From Eledone cirrhosa (lineage: Eukaryota), in assembly GCA_964016885.1 (NCBI GenBank), contig OZ024741.1, forward strand, positions 166,966,001 to 167,030,000: DNA of 64,000 nt, written 5' to 3'. Under the pieces are notes generated by a model. It saw nothing but the letters and a program-made list of their open reading frames with translations, did not search any database and was not told where the DNA came from. Of this stretch, positions 32,904 to 47,230 are shown in pieces. A program made the translations under genes and the position numbers. Position 1 is the first letter of the stretch; each line of letters starts with the position of its first letter.

Positions 32904-32987
32904 AAAAGTAAACTGAAATAACAACACAATCGGTACAGTAAATGGAAGGTATATATTAGGTTAACGCTTGATATAGCAGGGCCAGGG

Positions 32988-33023
32988 TCTTAACGTTTCG
33001 GACGCTAGTCCTTCATCAGAAGA
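32988..33023 (-). ncRNA. Minimal hammerhead ribozyme (Penelope-type, palindromic stem III)
   Basis: TCTT-CTGATGA-A-GGAC(TAGC)GTCC-GAAA-CG-TT-AAGA, ~90 nt upstream of a (TA)n junction. Confidence 0.75.
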
Positions 33024-33691
33024 AAGAATGAGAAATAAGATAGATTGAGGGGACAGACAGGGTGGAATTGGAAAAAATGTCTTTAGATAAAAATAACAGG
33101 TTCTTTCATGTTGACATCTTTTGCAAGTACATGCATATACTTACAAGTAACAGAACAAAATAAAAGAACCAGAACTTGAGGTGTGTAGACCCCCGTCAAA
33201 ATCGAGCCAACTGGCTCACATGTACACCCTGGCCTGTCTATGGCACAAATGACAAATGAAAGCTAAAGCCTAAGACGTCGGTGATCAGCCAGTCATAACT
33301 AATGTAATACATCTTAGTTATGTTTAGTAGAATATAATAAGTCATATTATTGTTTAGCCCCAGGTCATATCCTATCGATTAGATCTAACATTAGACATAA
33401 TGTGTTTAGGATTACATTCTCCAATGTATTCTTACCTTTTTAAGACAGTGAGTTGAAATTTCAATAAAATTTGATTGCTATTTCTAGCAACCTGAACGGC
33501 TGAACCAAACCTCTCAGCAATTGTTCTCCAATAAAGACCAGTGGTAATAATCCAACACATAAGCAGTCTTTCCTCTATACAAACAACAACAAAAATTCCA
33601 CCAGAAAGAGAAAATCTATTTGATTTTTGAAAATGTCTACTGAACGACACTTTTGTCATGCTGTATCCTTAGGAATAGCTGCATTTCTTAT

Positions 33692-33775
<84 letters not shown>

Positions 33776-33779
<4 letters not shown>

Positions 33780-34496
33780 AGATTCAGAACCAACAAAACT
33801 GAGCTCCGGTCGTTTCGACAGCTAGATCTGTTCGAATCTAACTGTCTAAACGGCCAGAGCTCAGCCGTCGGGGGTCCTGAATCTTTTCATATTACCTACT
33901 CTACTACCTCAAGTATCGAGTACTCTGGTGGGTTATGGTCCACCTGGCATTTTACCACACCTTTTCTGATATATATATATGAAAAAGTAAGTCCTTCATC
34001 AGTGACCCTCCAACCGTCCCAGGCATTTCATCGCTTTAAGGGCCATATACCTCAGGTTGGTGCGAACAACGGCTAAAAAAAGTCGTTGGGACATGTAAAT
34101 AAAGGGGACGTTAGGGTAACAAACAAAATGGTTTAAGCAACGGAAAGTGAGAGGAAATAGACAAGTCCCAGATCTCTATGAATATAAACTCGGTGAAATC
34201 GTGAACAAGAGACAAAAGACCATCAAACCTGGTTGAAATGTGAGCAAGGAAGGAATTTCGCACAAGTCTAACGGGGGGAAGAAGAAGAAGAAGAAGAAGA
34301 AGAAGAAGAAGAAGAAGAAGAAGAAGAAGAAGAAGAAGAAGAAGAAGAAGAAGAAGAAGAAGAAGAAGAATATATATATATATATAACGAAGGAATTGTG
34401 GTAAGGAACCAGATGACCCTACGGTAGAGCTCAAGCCGTTTAGAAATAGCCGTCGAAACGGCTTGAGCTCTGCCGTCGGGGTCATACCTTTTCCTA
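33776..34496. mobile_element. Two diverged members of the 17812 fold-back family (33776-33970, 34385-34496)
   Basis: GAGCTCAGCCGTCGGGG core and CTCTACTACC..TATGGTCCACCTGG tail; both in TA tracts. Confidence 0.7.
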
Positions 34497-34671
34497 TATA
34501 TATATATATATATATATATTATAAATATGCATATATATGCATGTGTGTGTATATGTGTGATAGAGAGAGTGATAGAGAGCGAGAGAGAGAGAGAGAGAAA
34601 GGGAGAGAGAGAAATGGAGAGAGAGGGAGAGAGAGTGAGAAAGAGAAAAGGAGAGAGAAAAAGGGAGAGAT

Positions 34672-34738
<67 letters not shown>

Positions 34739-35518
34739 GAGAGAGAGAGTGTGGGTGTCTGTGTGTGTGAGAGAGATTGTGTGTTTATGTTTACACCGCT
34801 CTTATGTTTATGTTGTACCTCTTAAATTAACACTTCGAAAAAGGAATTCAACAAAATACGTATCTGACTGAAAAATGATTAATGGCAGTTATACTTGAAC
34901 ACAAGGCAGGGATATATTTTCAGTTCTGACCAATATTGCCTCCAGAATTACAATGAAGAGATTTTGTTCTTCCAAGGCCACGGTATATAGCGCTACACAT
35001 CATCCACCAAATAGTATTTGGGGGAAGTATGAGAGGGTTAATGTCAACGACTTTCAAAAGACGGTATAATCAACATCTATAATAATTGTTGTTGATTATA
35101 CCGTCTTTTGAAAGAGCCCAGTGATATGGCAAACTCCATTCAGTTGTCTCGTTTCATTTAGAAGTCTCGAGATCAGGGACACAACCGCCCCACTATAACC
35201 TATAGTATTGCTGATAAACCCTTTCATGCTTCACTGGATTGCGTAATTGCAAACTCTGAGAAACTACACATCTTAAAGCAGCCTGATGTATCCCTTAATA
35301 AGAAATCCGAGTCTTTGCCTAGTGACAGATTTGATCGACTGACAAAGAATATAATTGTAGTGAAATTGATGAGCTAACTCCCTTACTAACGAAAGTTAAT
35401 CTCAATCAATTTGCTGTTCTTACATTGTAGTATTGCCTGCAAAATCTAAAGAAACATATGTTTGTGTACACATATAACTAAAAACATACAGATCTACACA
35501 TGCATAGCATCCATACCG

Positions 35519-35610
<92 letters not shown>

Positions 35611-35715
35611 GCACACACACACAAACACACACAGATACACGACACACATACAGACATGCATACATATTTACTTGATGTCTAAATTCCAATGATAAAGTTT
35701 TGTTATCTTAGAAAT

Positions 35716-35770
<55 letters not shown>

Positions 35771-36927
35771 TTGTGGAAATTATAAAATTATAAAATCTGA
35801 ACATACATACATACATACATACATACATACATACATACATACATACATACATACATACATACATACAAATCTTGAGAATCTGGGCTTGACAGAAACAGAA
35901 AGAACACGACTAGTTTGGAAATTACAAGTACAATCCATTAATGGAACATTAAAAATCTGTAAAACATTCGAAAAATTCTGCATCTAATAACTGCATATAA
36001 ACTTGTAGAGATACAAAGTATATGCACATGCACACATACAACTCAAAACATACACATACACCCATACATTAACATCTATACCTGCACACACCTGCATGCA
36101 TGCAGACATGCATACATATCTATATAGTTGATGTGTTAATTCCAATGAGAGAGTCTTGTAACTATGTTAGAAACCGACTCTCTCTCTATTGGTAAACATT
36201 TGTGAAATTATAAAACCAGAAGAACATACATACATATATATATGATTATGCCTCCAATTCGATTTTGAGTAATGCTATCGTTTGACACCTAAACATGAGC
36301 AGCACGTACATGGCTTTTTAGTCCTGCTAGGGACTCTTGCATAGATGCTGCCACAATGGAAACCTCTCGCAGTAGGTGTTACGGTCCTGTTTTGATGTGT
36401 ACCCGTGTGTGTGTATGTTTCCCTGGTAGCAAGGTTTGGACGGGTCCTCTTATACCAAGTCAGTACTTAATCGAAATCACTGATCTCTCAGATAGTCTGG
36501 GGATCGCATCTTGTATACATACTTTCCTGCACTCTATTGAATATTCTGGGTACATTTTATCGTGACATCAATACTAGGGAGGTCATAATATCTTTGTCAC
36601 AAATGAAGTGATCTCAGGACTCTTTGTTTGGTAAGTTTTCTACAGCTGGATGCCCTTTCTATCACCAACCAATTTGCCGAGTGTACTGAGTGCGTTTTAT
36701 CGAGTCACCAGCACTAAAGCTGTTGCCATGTCCTTGACACAACTAAAGAGTTCTCTCAACCATTTTTTTGCATGTATATATAAGATATGTGTCTGTGGAT
36801 GTGTGTGTTTGTGTGCGTATGTATGTGTGCGTGCGTGCGCGCGTTACTTACAAGTTACATCTGTATTTCATAATTAAATATATGTACTAACATAAAAACT
36901 ACACAACTACAGATTTTCACTTCATTT

Positions 36928-37533
36928 TACCACCACCACCACCACCACCACCACCACCACCACGATCACCACCAACACTAATACTACAATCATCATTACC
37001 ACCACCATCACCATCATCCTACTACCACCACAACTAATACTACAATCATCATTACCACCACCATCACCATCATCCCACCACCACCACCACCACCACCACC
37101 ACCACCACCACCACCACCACCACCACCACTACCACCATGGAGCCCACCATTACTAGCGCCACAACTATCACTCCAACAACAGCAACAACATCAACAAAAA
37201 ACGCCCAGACCAACACCTCCTCCGCCCTTACCATCATTGTCACCATCACAAACATCATTACCAACATTACACCAGCAACACCAACACCACCAACAACAGC
37301 AACATCACCACCACCACCACCAACAACACCAACACCACCAACAACAGCAACATCACCACCACCACCACCACCACCACCAACAACACCAACACCACCAACA
37401 ACAGCAACATCACCACCACCACCACCACCACCACCACCACCAGCAACAACAACAACACCAACACCACCAACAACAGCAACATCACCACCACCACCACCAC
37501 CACCACCACCACCAGCAACAACAGCATCATCAT
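36928..37533. repeat. (CCA/CAA)n trinucleotide-derived low-complexity tract
   Basis: Direct reading; similar tract at 41820-42420. Confidence 0.9.
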
Positions 37534-38024
37534 CCAATTACTATGGGTCTGTATGTCCACAAATCACATAGGTGATAGTGGGGAGCAAGAAGGAGGGAAG
37601 AGAGTGGAAGATGGGGGGGGGGTGTTACTAAGGAAATTATTTTCATTTTTTGTTATTTTCTCTCCCCCCTATATTTTTTTCAAATAAAAAATTTCCTTCT
37701 TTTTAGTTTTACAATTTCTAACGAACTAAATTCTCCAGAAACGGTAAATACTTCATTGCCTCTATCAACCCACCGTTTCCTGTCTCCTACCCCTAATCCT
37801 ACCATCTTTCTTACACACCTCCAACCCTTTTCTCTTACAAACCTCCAAATCTACACTACTCATACTCTTCCAAACCAATTCCTTTCCTAACGTAAATATT
37901 TACTCTTCACTTCCACCACCACCACTGTCCATCTGCCATCCAGGGTTTTTATACTACATCATCCAACTACCACCAACACCCTCCCAACCCGGGATATATT
38001 AATTTCTATTAAATTATGTATCTT

Positions 38025-38166
<142 letters not shown>

Positions 38167-38350
38167 ACAGGAAACGAATGACTTCACTTGTAGTTGGTAT
38201 TCTATAACAATTTCATTTTATAATTTTGTTAACTTTGGTGGAAAGTTCTTTTTTAAAAATCCTGGTTAACTTTCTGGAGAACTTTGTCGCATTCGTCGGT
38301 GAAACTTTGTCGCATTCGATTGTGAAACTGATCTAAAGTTGTAATGTGTT

Positions 38351-38387
<37 letters not shown>

Positions 38388-38696
38388 AATTTATATATAT
38401 AAACTAACTACGGTTCACACTCACAATTGAGCACGGCTTGGATCATGAACCATACTTTCGCTATGTGTTCACGCAATCGCGAGCAGACACAAACACCCGT
38501 TCAACCCTTTTGCTTACATTACCAACATCGGTTACAAAATATTGTTATCATTGGGTTTCTCCGGTGACACTCTACCTACCGGAGAAGTATTTTCTCCACA
38601 CTTGCCTTGGAACATAGCTGAGCCCGTTCTATAACCGAACGCTTCAAACAAGTTAAAAAATAGCGAATGAAAACGCGAAAGAAGCGCATATATTTT

Positions 38697-39084
38697 GGGA
38701 CGGTCATGTTGCTAGTATTGCCAATAAAAATGAATACATGCACCATATGATTTCCACTTTATTTTTATTGCTCGTTATTCATTCGTTTGTCAAAGTCTTT
38801 CATCACGCATTCTGTGACCTCCTCAATTATTATTTGTTTTCTCTTGTTCTTCCTCTTCTTTCTGGTCTTAGATTTCTATTCCACAAAACAAAAGATAAGA
38901 CGGAGTAGCAGTTTAAGATTAGAAAGAAAAGGAGGCACAAGAGAGAACAGATAGTCATTGAAGAGGTAACAGAATGTGTGAGGAAAGAACTTTGAACGAA
39001 TGAATAACGAGCAATAAAAATCATATGGTGCGTCTATTTCTTTTTATTGGCAATACTGGCAACATGAACATCCCCACATATAAC

Positions 39085-39161
<77 letters not shown>

Positions 39162-39720
39162 ATACTTTGGGAGGGTCATGTTGCCAATAAGAAACACACG
39201 CACCAGTTGCTTTCACTTCAATTTATTATAATAAATTTATAAATTTAGGAATTTATAAATTTCTGGTTGGTTGGTTGGTTCCACAACCAGATGGTTGTTT
39301 ATATATTGTCAAAGTTCTTTCGTCACACATTCTGTGACCTCATCAGTGACTGGGGATTCTTTTCTTTGTTTTTGTGCCTCTCCTTTGTTCTGTCCTACGC
39401 CATTTTGTTTCTGTGTGTGTGTTGTGTGCTCAGTCTGCGCGTGCGCCACATCCGGGTGTCTGTGTGTGTTTATATTTGTTTATTTATTTGTTTATTTACA
39501 TGTTACCGGTTGGTTGTTTGTTCTATGAGTGTGTGTGTTTTCATTTTGTCCTTAATTGCAAGTTGTAATGTTGCTATTCCACTCATATTTTCTATTTAAT
39601 TTTGGTTGTAATTCTTTTATGTTTATTGCCTCTGTGATTTGTCTAAACATTGCGTCTTTTCTGTGTGTAGATTCTATTTTTATTTCTATGTTCTCTTATT
39701 TACCCTTATTCAGAAACGAA
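38697..39720 (-). mobile_element. Two pLTR-like inserts of the 22059 family (38697-39075 fold-back; 39164-39720)
   Basis: Shared TTGCCAATAA..GTCAAAGTTCTTTCGTCACACATTCTGTGACCTC sequence; TA flanks. Confidence 0.72.
39308..39350 (-). ncRNA. Minimal type I hammerhead ribozyme
   Basis: GTCA-CTGATGA-G-GTCACA(GAATG)TGTGAC-GAAA-GAAC-TT-TGAC; differs from 22271 only at the variable core position N7. Confidence 0.72.
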
Positions 39721-39730
39721 ATATATATAT

Positions 39731-40207
<477 letters not shown>

Positions 40208-40257
40208 GTATAGTGACGAAACATAAGTCAATTGCATGAACTCATAATCCTTTATTT

Positions 40258-40313
40258 ACTGCTATATATATTTCGATGATAGCCATTGAATGGCTATGAC
40301 CTCATCAGGCAGT
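40258..40313 (-). ncRNA. Type I hammerhead ribozyme with complete core
   Basis: ACTGC-CTGATGA-GGT.ATAGCCAT(TCA)ATGGCTAT.ATC-GAAA-TATATA-TA-GCAGT followed at once by AAATAAA; the host insert 40212-40375 sits in (TA)n. Confidence 0.85.
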
Positions 40314-40376
40314 TAGTCAGTTCTTAGATATGCCAGCTCTGTGTGTATAGTGTTGATGGTATCAGAGCCTTGGGAC

Positions 40377-40427
<51 letters not shown>

Positions 40428-40768
40428 TATATCACATAAGAAACGGAGAATCAGTGTTGCGACGAATAAAATGTATTAGACATATTACAATCGTTTCTCT
40501 GGCAACCAGCTCGAGGCACGATCAATGTGATGATCGAACCTGACTCTGAAATCGCAAGGTCCTCAAATACGTCTCGATTCTACGAAGCAGAGTTTCCATT
40601 TGGAAACTCTGCTGGTCACAGGTCGCCAGAGAAACGATTGTAATATGTCTAATAAATTTTATTCGTCGCAACACTGCTTCTCCGTTTCTTATGTGATATA
40701 CACTGTAAGAGCATCGAGTACTCAAACGGCCTACCGCTTACGGACGCTTTAAACATTCCACGCCAATT
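40428..40768 (+). mobile_element. Fold-back insert (arms 40428-40507 / 40621-40700) plus tail, in (TA)n
   Basis: Right arm GAAA-CGATTG-TA-ATATG..AATAAA (hammerhead 3' half + polyA signal). Confidence 0.7.
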
Positions 40769-40879
40769 ATATATATATATATTTGGGGTGGGAGTTGGTT
40801 AGTATACTCTAGTGTATTTGCTGGTGGTTATTTTGTGTTGTGGTTTCTGATGCTGTCAATGGTGTTGTTGCTGTTGTGT

Positions 40880-41480
40880 GTTTGTGGTTTCAGCAGTAGC
40901 ACAGGCCTTCTTTGTTGTTGAGAGCAGAAAGCCGTCAGGTAGTCGATGCTACTACATGTTTGATATCTGGGCTTTCTGCTATCTACCATGGAATTTAATT
41001 GGGCTCCGTTTAGGAGTTCTATAATGTTTCATATTTTTCCAGTTTTTTTTAGCTTTATCTGTATCTCTCGTCGTATACCGGATAAATTTTCTTTTTTTTT
41101 TCTTCATATTCAGCAGCATGCCCCTCCATTTTCGACAAGGCATGCCCCGCCCTCCATCAGATGTCCAAGTCTGGTAGAATATCCATCATTTTTACTCTTA
41201 ATATTCTCTTGTTCATGTCTGTAAGCACTAAGTTGAAATCGCCCCTCCTACATGAGGTGGTGGGGTGCTTTTGCACAAAGGTTTCCAAGAATTTGTCTTC
41301 GATACTACTGCATTGCCTGTTTTGAGTGGTGAAATCGATATCATTCTATATCCTTCTCAGAGCCCTTTCTGCCTCTGTGTTTGTCACCTTTTGGAGTTTT
41401 CGGCCCTTTATCAAGATACGGCGGTATACGATTGTTTTTTAGCCCTTTCTTTCCAAACGGCAAGTTATGGCAAGTAAAAC
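40880..41480 (-). mobile_element. Very degenerate RLE-type LINE 3' fragment
   Basis: Broken motifs LPDLDI..ACLVEN..KKKENL..NIIELLNGA resemble RPD..D.ACP.E.N..K..KY..iiP...Ga. Confidence 0.35.
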
Positions 41481-42162
41481 CTTCTTAGAAGTAGCTTTTT
41501 GGCTTGATCTAAGAGAGAAATGGAAAGAGATGGATTTTCAAAAGAAAAATCCCTGAAAAGGATGAAGGACAATGTAACCGAAACGTTAGTGGAATCAAGG
41601 AGAAAGGCTTATGTTCTCATTTTTGTGGTTTTAAAAACTAATTCGTTAATGATACATTCCTCCTAACATGGTATTTTTAGCTTCGTTCATTAAATAAACG
41701 ATACAAATCTTCCTTTTGTACACATTAAACCAGCAATACGAGAGATTCGTTGGTTCTTAATTTAAGGCGACCCCCCCCCCCGTCTTGTATCATCAGCACC
41801 CATTAACAGAAATAGCATTGCCAACCCTATCATCAGCACCATCGACACCATCGCCACCACCACCACCACCACCACCAATACCACCATCACCACCACCAAT
41901 AACACCAACACCACCACCATCACCACGAATACCACCAACACCACCAACTCCAAAACCACCACGAACACCAACACCATCAACACCAACACCAACACAACCA
42001 TCCCCAACACCGCAACACCAACACCACCATCCCCAACGCCACCAACGCCACCACCACCACCACCAAGACCACCACCACCAACAACAACACCATCCCCAAC
42101 ACCATCAACACCACCGCCACCAAACCACCACCAACACCACCAACAACAACACCACCAACACT

Positions 42163-42194
<32 letters not shown>

Positions 42195-42300
42195 CAACAA
42201 CGCCATCCCCAACATCACCAACACTACCACCACCACCACCACCACCACCATCAACAACAACATCCCCAACACTACCAACACTACCGCCACCACCACCACC

Positions 42301-42332
<32 letters not shown>

Positions 42333-43099
42333 CACCATTCCGAACACCACCACCACTACCACCACCACCACAAACAACAACAACACCAACAACAACAACA
42401 ACAACAACAACACCACCACTAAAGCAGTAATGAAACTAAAACATTTATTAGAGTTTAACAATAATTTCTTTGTCTGCTCTTTTGGTTGGGTACCTCTCTC
42501 TCCCCCTCACTCACACACTCTCTCAACTTCTCTTTCTCTCTCTCACTCGCCCTCACTCACACTCTCTCACCCACCCCTTCTCTCTCTCACTCACACACTC
42601 TCTCAACCTCTCTTTCTCTATCTCACTCGCCCTCACTCACACTCTCTCACCCGCCCCTCTCTCTTTCACTCACACACTCTCTCATCCCCTCTCCCTCTCT
42701 AAATCTCTTACGCTCTCTCCCTCCCTCTTATACGTTTTAATCCTGGTCGTCGTTGTTGTTGTTACTGTTGAGTATTTTTAGGAAACGGAATAGAAGTATT
42801 GAGGTGAATAAACTTAAAGTGTGTGTGTGTGTATATGTGTATGTGTGTGTGTGTGAGTACGTGTGTGTACGTGTGTGTCTATGTGTGTGTCAATATATGT
42901 GCGTGTGTGTGTGTGTGTGCGTGCGCGTGTGTCTATGTGTATCCGTTTATATGTTGTGTATGTATGTCCATGTCTGTGTTCATGTGTGTGTTTAAGTGTG
43001 TGTTCAAGTGTGCGTATGTGTATGTGTGCGTAATGTGTGTATCACCATGTATGTTCATGTGTCATTGTGTGCATATGTGTGTGTGTGTGTGTGAGAGAG

Positions 43100-43911
43100 A
43101 GAGAGTGTGCTTTCATGTATGCTCATGTGTCTTTGTATGTGTATGTATATGTGTATGTGTGCGTGTGTCCATGTGCGTGTGTGTCCATGTGCGCGTGTGT
43201 CCATGTATGTGTGTATGTTGGTATGTGTGTGTTTTCACGTATGTTCATGTGTCTTTGTATGTGTATGTATATGTGTATGTGTGCGTGTGTCCATGTGTGC
43301 GTGTGTCCATGTATGTGTGTATGTTGGTATGTGTGTGTTTTCACGTATGTTCATGTGTCTTTGTGTGTGTATGTATATGTGTATGTGTGCGTGTGTCCAT
43401 GTGTGCGTGTGTCCATGTATGTGTGTATGTTGGTATGTGTGTGTTTTCACGTATGTTCATGTCTTTGTGTGTGTATGTATATGTGTATGTGTGCGTGTGT
43501 CCATGTGTGCGTGTGTCCATGTATGTGTGTATGTTGGTATGTGTGTGTTTTCATGTATGCTCATGTGTCTTTGTATGTGTATGTATATGTGTATGTGTGC
43601 GTGTATCCATGTGTGCGTGTGTCCATGTATGTGTGTATGTTGGTATGTGTGTGTTTTCATGTATGTTCATGTGTCTTTGTATGTGTATGTATATGTGTAT
43701 GTGTGCGTGTGTCCATGTATGTGTGTATGTTGGTATGTGTGTGTTTTCATGTATGTTCATGTGTCTTTGTATGTGTATGTATATGTGTATGTGTGCGTGT
43801 GTCCATGTATGTGTGTATGTTGGTATGTGTGTGTTTTCATGTATGTTCATGTGTCTTTGTATGTGTATGTGTATGTGTGCGTGTGCGTGTGTCCATGTAT
43901 GTGTGTGTTGG

Positions 43912-43912
<1 letters not shown>
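43100..43912. repeat. ~90-106-bp GT-rich tandem repeat, ~8 copies
   Basis: GTTGGTATGTGTGTGTTTTCA(C/T)GTATGTTCATGTGTCTTTG recurs. Confidence 0.9.
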
Positions 43913-43959
<47 letters not shown>

Positions 43960-44339
43960 ATGTAGTAGAGTCTATTGTAGCACAATGTAGTATTGTGTTG
44001 CAAGGTGAGATGTTTTAGTCAGATTTCGCTGCTATTTCAAGGTTTAATAGCTGCCTAATGACATTAAACTAGGCGGTGACTTGGAAGAGTCATTAGGACG
44101 TCGTATATAATACATTGTGGTATTAGTTCCGGCTCGCTGCACTCTGAGTTCAAATCCTGTCGAGGTCAACTTAGCATTTCATCATTCCGAGGTCAATAGA
44201 TTGATTACCAGTCCAGTACCGTGGTCAACTTTTTCTCACTTCTTCTCTATCATGTTTTTCCTTCCCTTGAGAGGAGATGGACTCTCCGACAGGTCTTAAA
44301 TAATTGTAATGATGTGTAATAAAAATAATAATGGGAATA

Positions 44340-44897
44340 ATAATTGTTTCTACTTTAGGCACAAGGCCAGTAATTACCCCAGTACATTACTGGTGCTTTA
44401 TTTTATCGACCCGGTAAGGATGAAAGGCAAACCTAACCTTGGCGGAATTTGAACTCAGACCGTAAAAGGCCATAACTCTGCGCTGCAAAGCATGGTGTCT
44501 GAATAATTGTTTCTACTTTTGGCACAAGGCCAGCAATTATCCCAGTACATTACTGGTACTTTATTTTATCGACCCCGTAAGGATGAAAGGCAAAATGAAC
44601 CTCGGCGGGATTTGAACTCAGACTATAAAGGGGCGTAACTCTATGTTGCAAAGCATGGCGTCCGACCTTCTATCGTTACTGCCAATCCCCATAGACACAA
44701 GGCAAGCAATTTGGGGAGAGGGGAAAGTCGATTAAATCGACTCCAGTGCATTACAGGTACTTTATTTTATTGATCCCGTAAGGATGAAAGGCAAAGCTAA
44801 CCTCGGCGGAATTTGATCTCAGAACGTAAAGGGCCGTAACTCTATGCCGTCAATCATGGTGTCCAACGCTTTACCGATACTGTCAATCCACCGCCCT
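44340..44897 (-). mobile_element. Head-to-tail trimer of SINE family A
   Basis: Tails at ~44340, ~44502 and ~44693; intact head at 44897; older + copy at 44071-44230. Confidence 0.85.
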
Positions 44898-45121
44898 TCA
44901 GGTTTTAAATAATGCCAAAGTAACGCTGTATATCACTAGGGCGTCCCTGCACCCCCACCAAGAGATACTGGTGTAAGAAGGAAAAGAATGATAGTAAATA
45001 AATTTACGAGAAAGCCTACAAGATAGGGTTTGAGTGAACAGACCATCAGATATAATCTGATACTTGCTTTTACATGGAGAGACACTTTCACTTTATACGC
45101 CATGAGGTAGTAGTAGGCAGG

Positions 45122-47230
45122 TGTGGTCAATGTGGGAATGTCCGGACTCAGACCACTGTCAATCTATCTGTCAGGAATAAGTGGACTGTGGTCAATGTGG
45201 GAATCCAGACTCAGGCCACTGTCAATCTATCTGTCAGGAGTAAGTGGACTGTGGTCAATGTGGGAATGTCCAGACTCAGACCACTGTCAATCTATCTGTC
45301 AGGAGTAAGTGGACTGTGGTCAATGTGGGAATGTCCGGACTCAGGCCACTGTCAATCTATCTGCCAGGAGTAAGTGGACTGTGGTCAATGTGGGAATGTC
45401 CGGACTCAGACCACAGTCAATCTATCTGTCAGGAGTAAGTGGACTGTGGTCAATGTGGGAATGTCCGGACTCAGGCCACTGTCAATCTATCTGTCAGGAG
45501 TAAGTGGACTGTGGTCAATGTGGGAATGTCCGGACTCAGACCACAGTCAATCTATCTGTCAGGAGTAAGTGGACTGTGGTCAATGTGGGAATGTCCGGAC
45601 TCAGGCCACCGTCAATCTATCTGTCAGGAGTAAGTGGACTGTGGTCAATGTGGGAATGTTTAGACTAAGGCCACTGTCAATCTATCTGTCAGGAGTAAGT
45701 GGACTGTGGTCAATGTGGGAATGTCCGGACTCAGACCACCGTCAATCTATCTGTCAGGAGTAAGTGGACTGTGGTCAATGTGGGAATGTCCGGACTCAGG
45801 CCACTGTCAATCTATCTGTCAGGAGTAAGTGGACTGTGGTCAATGTGGGAATGTCCGGACTCAGACCACAGTCAATCTATATGTCAGGAGTAAGTGGACT
45901 GTGGTCAATGTGGGAATGTCCGGACTCAGACCACCGTCAATCTATCTGTCAGGAGTAAGTGGACTGTGGTCAATGTGGGAATGTTTAGACTAAGGCCACT
46001 GTCAATCTATCTGTCAGGAGTAAGTGGACTGTGGTCAATGTGGGAATGTCCGGACTCAGACCACCGTCAATCTATCTGTCAGGAGTAAGTGGACTGTGGT
46101 CAATGTGGGAATGTCCGGACTCAGGCCACTGTCAATCTATCTGTCAGGAGTAAGTGGACTGTGGTCAATGTGGGAATGTCCGGACTCAGGCCACTGTCAA
46201 TCTATCTGTCAGGAGTAAGTGGACTGTGGTCAATGTGTGAATGTCCAGACTCAGACCACTGTCAATCTATCTGTCAGGAGTAAGTGGACTGTGGTCAATG
46301 TGTGAATGTCCGGACTCAGACCACAGTCAATCTATCTGTCAGGAGTAAGTGGACTGTGGTCAATGTGGGAATGTCCGGACTCAGGCCACTGTCAATCTAT
46401 CTGTCAGGAGTAAGTGGACTGTGGTCAATGTGGGAATGTCCGGACTCAGACCACAGTCAATCTATCTGTCAGGAGTAAGTGGACTGTGGTCAATGTGGGA
46501 ATGTCCGGACTCAGACCACAGTCAATCTATCTGTCAGGAGTAAGTGGACTGTGGTCAATGTGGGAATGTCCGGACTCAGGCCACTGTCAATCTATCTGTC
46601 AGGAGTAAGTGGACTGTGGTCAATGTGGGAATGTCCGGACTCAGACCACAGTCAATCTATCTGTCAGGAGTAAGTGGACTGTGGTCAATGTGGGAATGTC
46701 CGGACTCAGACCACAGTCAATCTATTTGTCAGGAGTAAGTGGACTGTGGTCAATGTGGGAATGTCCGGACTCAGGCCACTGTCAATCTATCTGTCAGGAG
46801 TAAGTGGACTGTGGTCAATATGTGAATGTCCGGACTCAGACCACTGTCAATCTATCTGTCTGGAGTAAGTGGAATGTGGTCAATGTGGGAATGTCCGGAC
46901 TCAGACCACTGTCAATCTATCTGTCTGGAGTAAGTGGACTGTGGTCAATGTGGGAATGTCCGGACTCAGACCACTGTCAATCTATCTGTCTGGTGTAAGT
47001 AGACTGTGGTCAATGTGGGAATGTCCGGACTCAGACCACTGTCCACTTATCTGTCAAGAGTAAGTTGACTATGGTCAATGTGGGAATGTCCAGAATCAGA
47101 CCATTGTTCACCTATCTATCAGAAATTGATGGATTATGGTCAATATGGAAATGTCCAGACTCAGACCACTGTTCATCTATCCGCCATGAGTAAGTGGTCT
47201 GTAAGTACAAATGTCCAGACTCAGGATGTG
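45122..47230. repeat. 65-bp tandem satellite, ~32 copies
   Basis: GTGGACTGTGGTCAATGTGGGAATGTCCGGACTCAGACCACAGTCAATCTATCTGTCAGGAGTAA; ORF starts recur at 65-bp spacing; units decay toward 47230. Confidence 0.97.

Noticed and set aside
33432-33470. Minus-strand AAG|gtaag donor as a candidate ELC N-terminal exon
   Set aside because: The translation does not resemble the ELC N-terminus and the site lies in what looks like a dispersed repeat.
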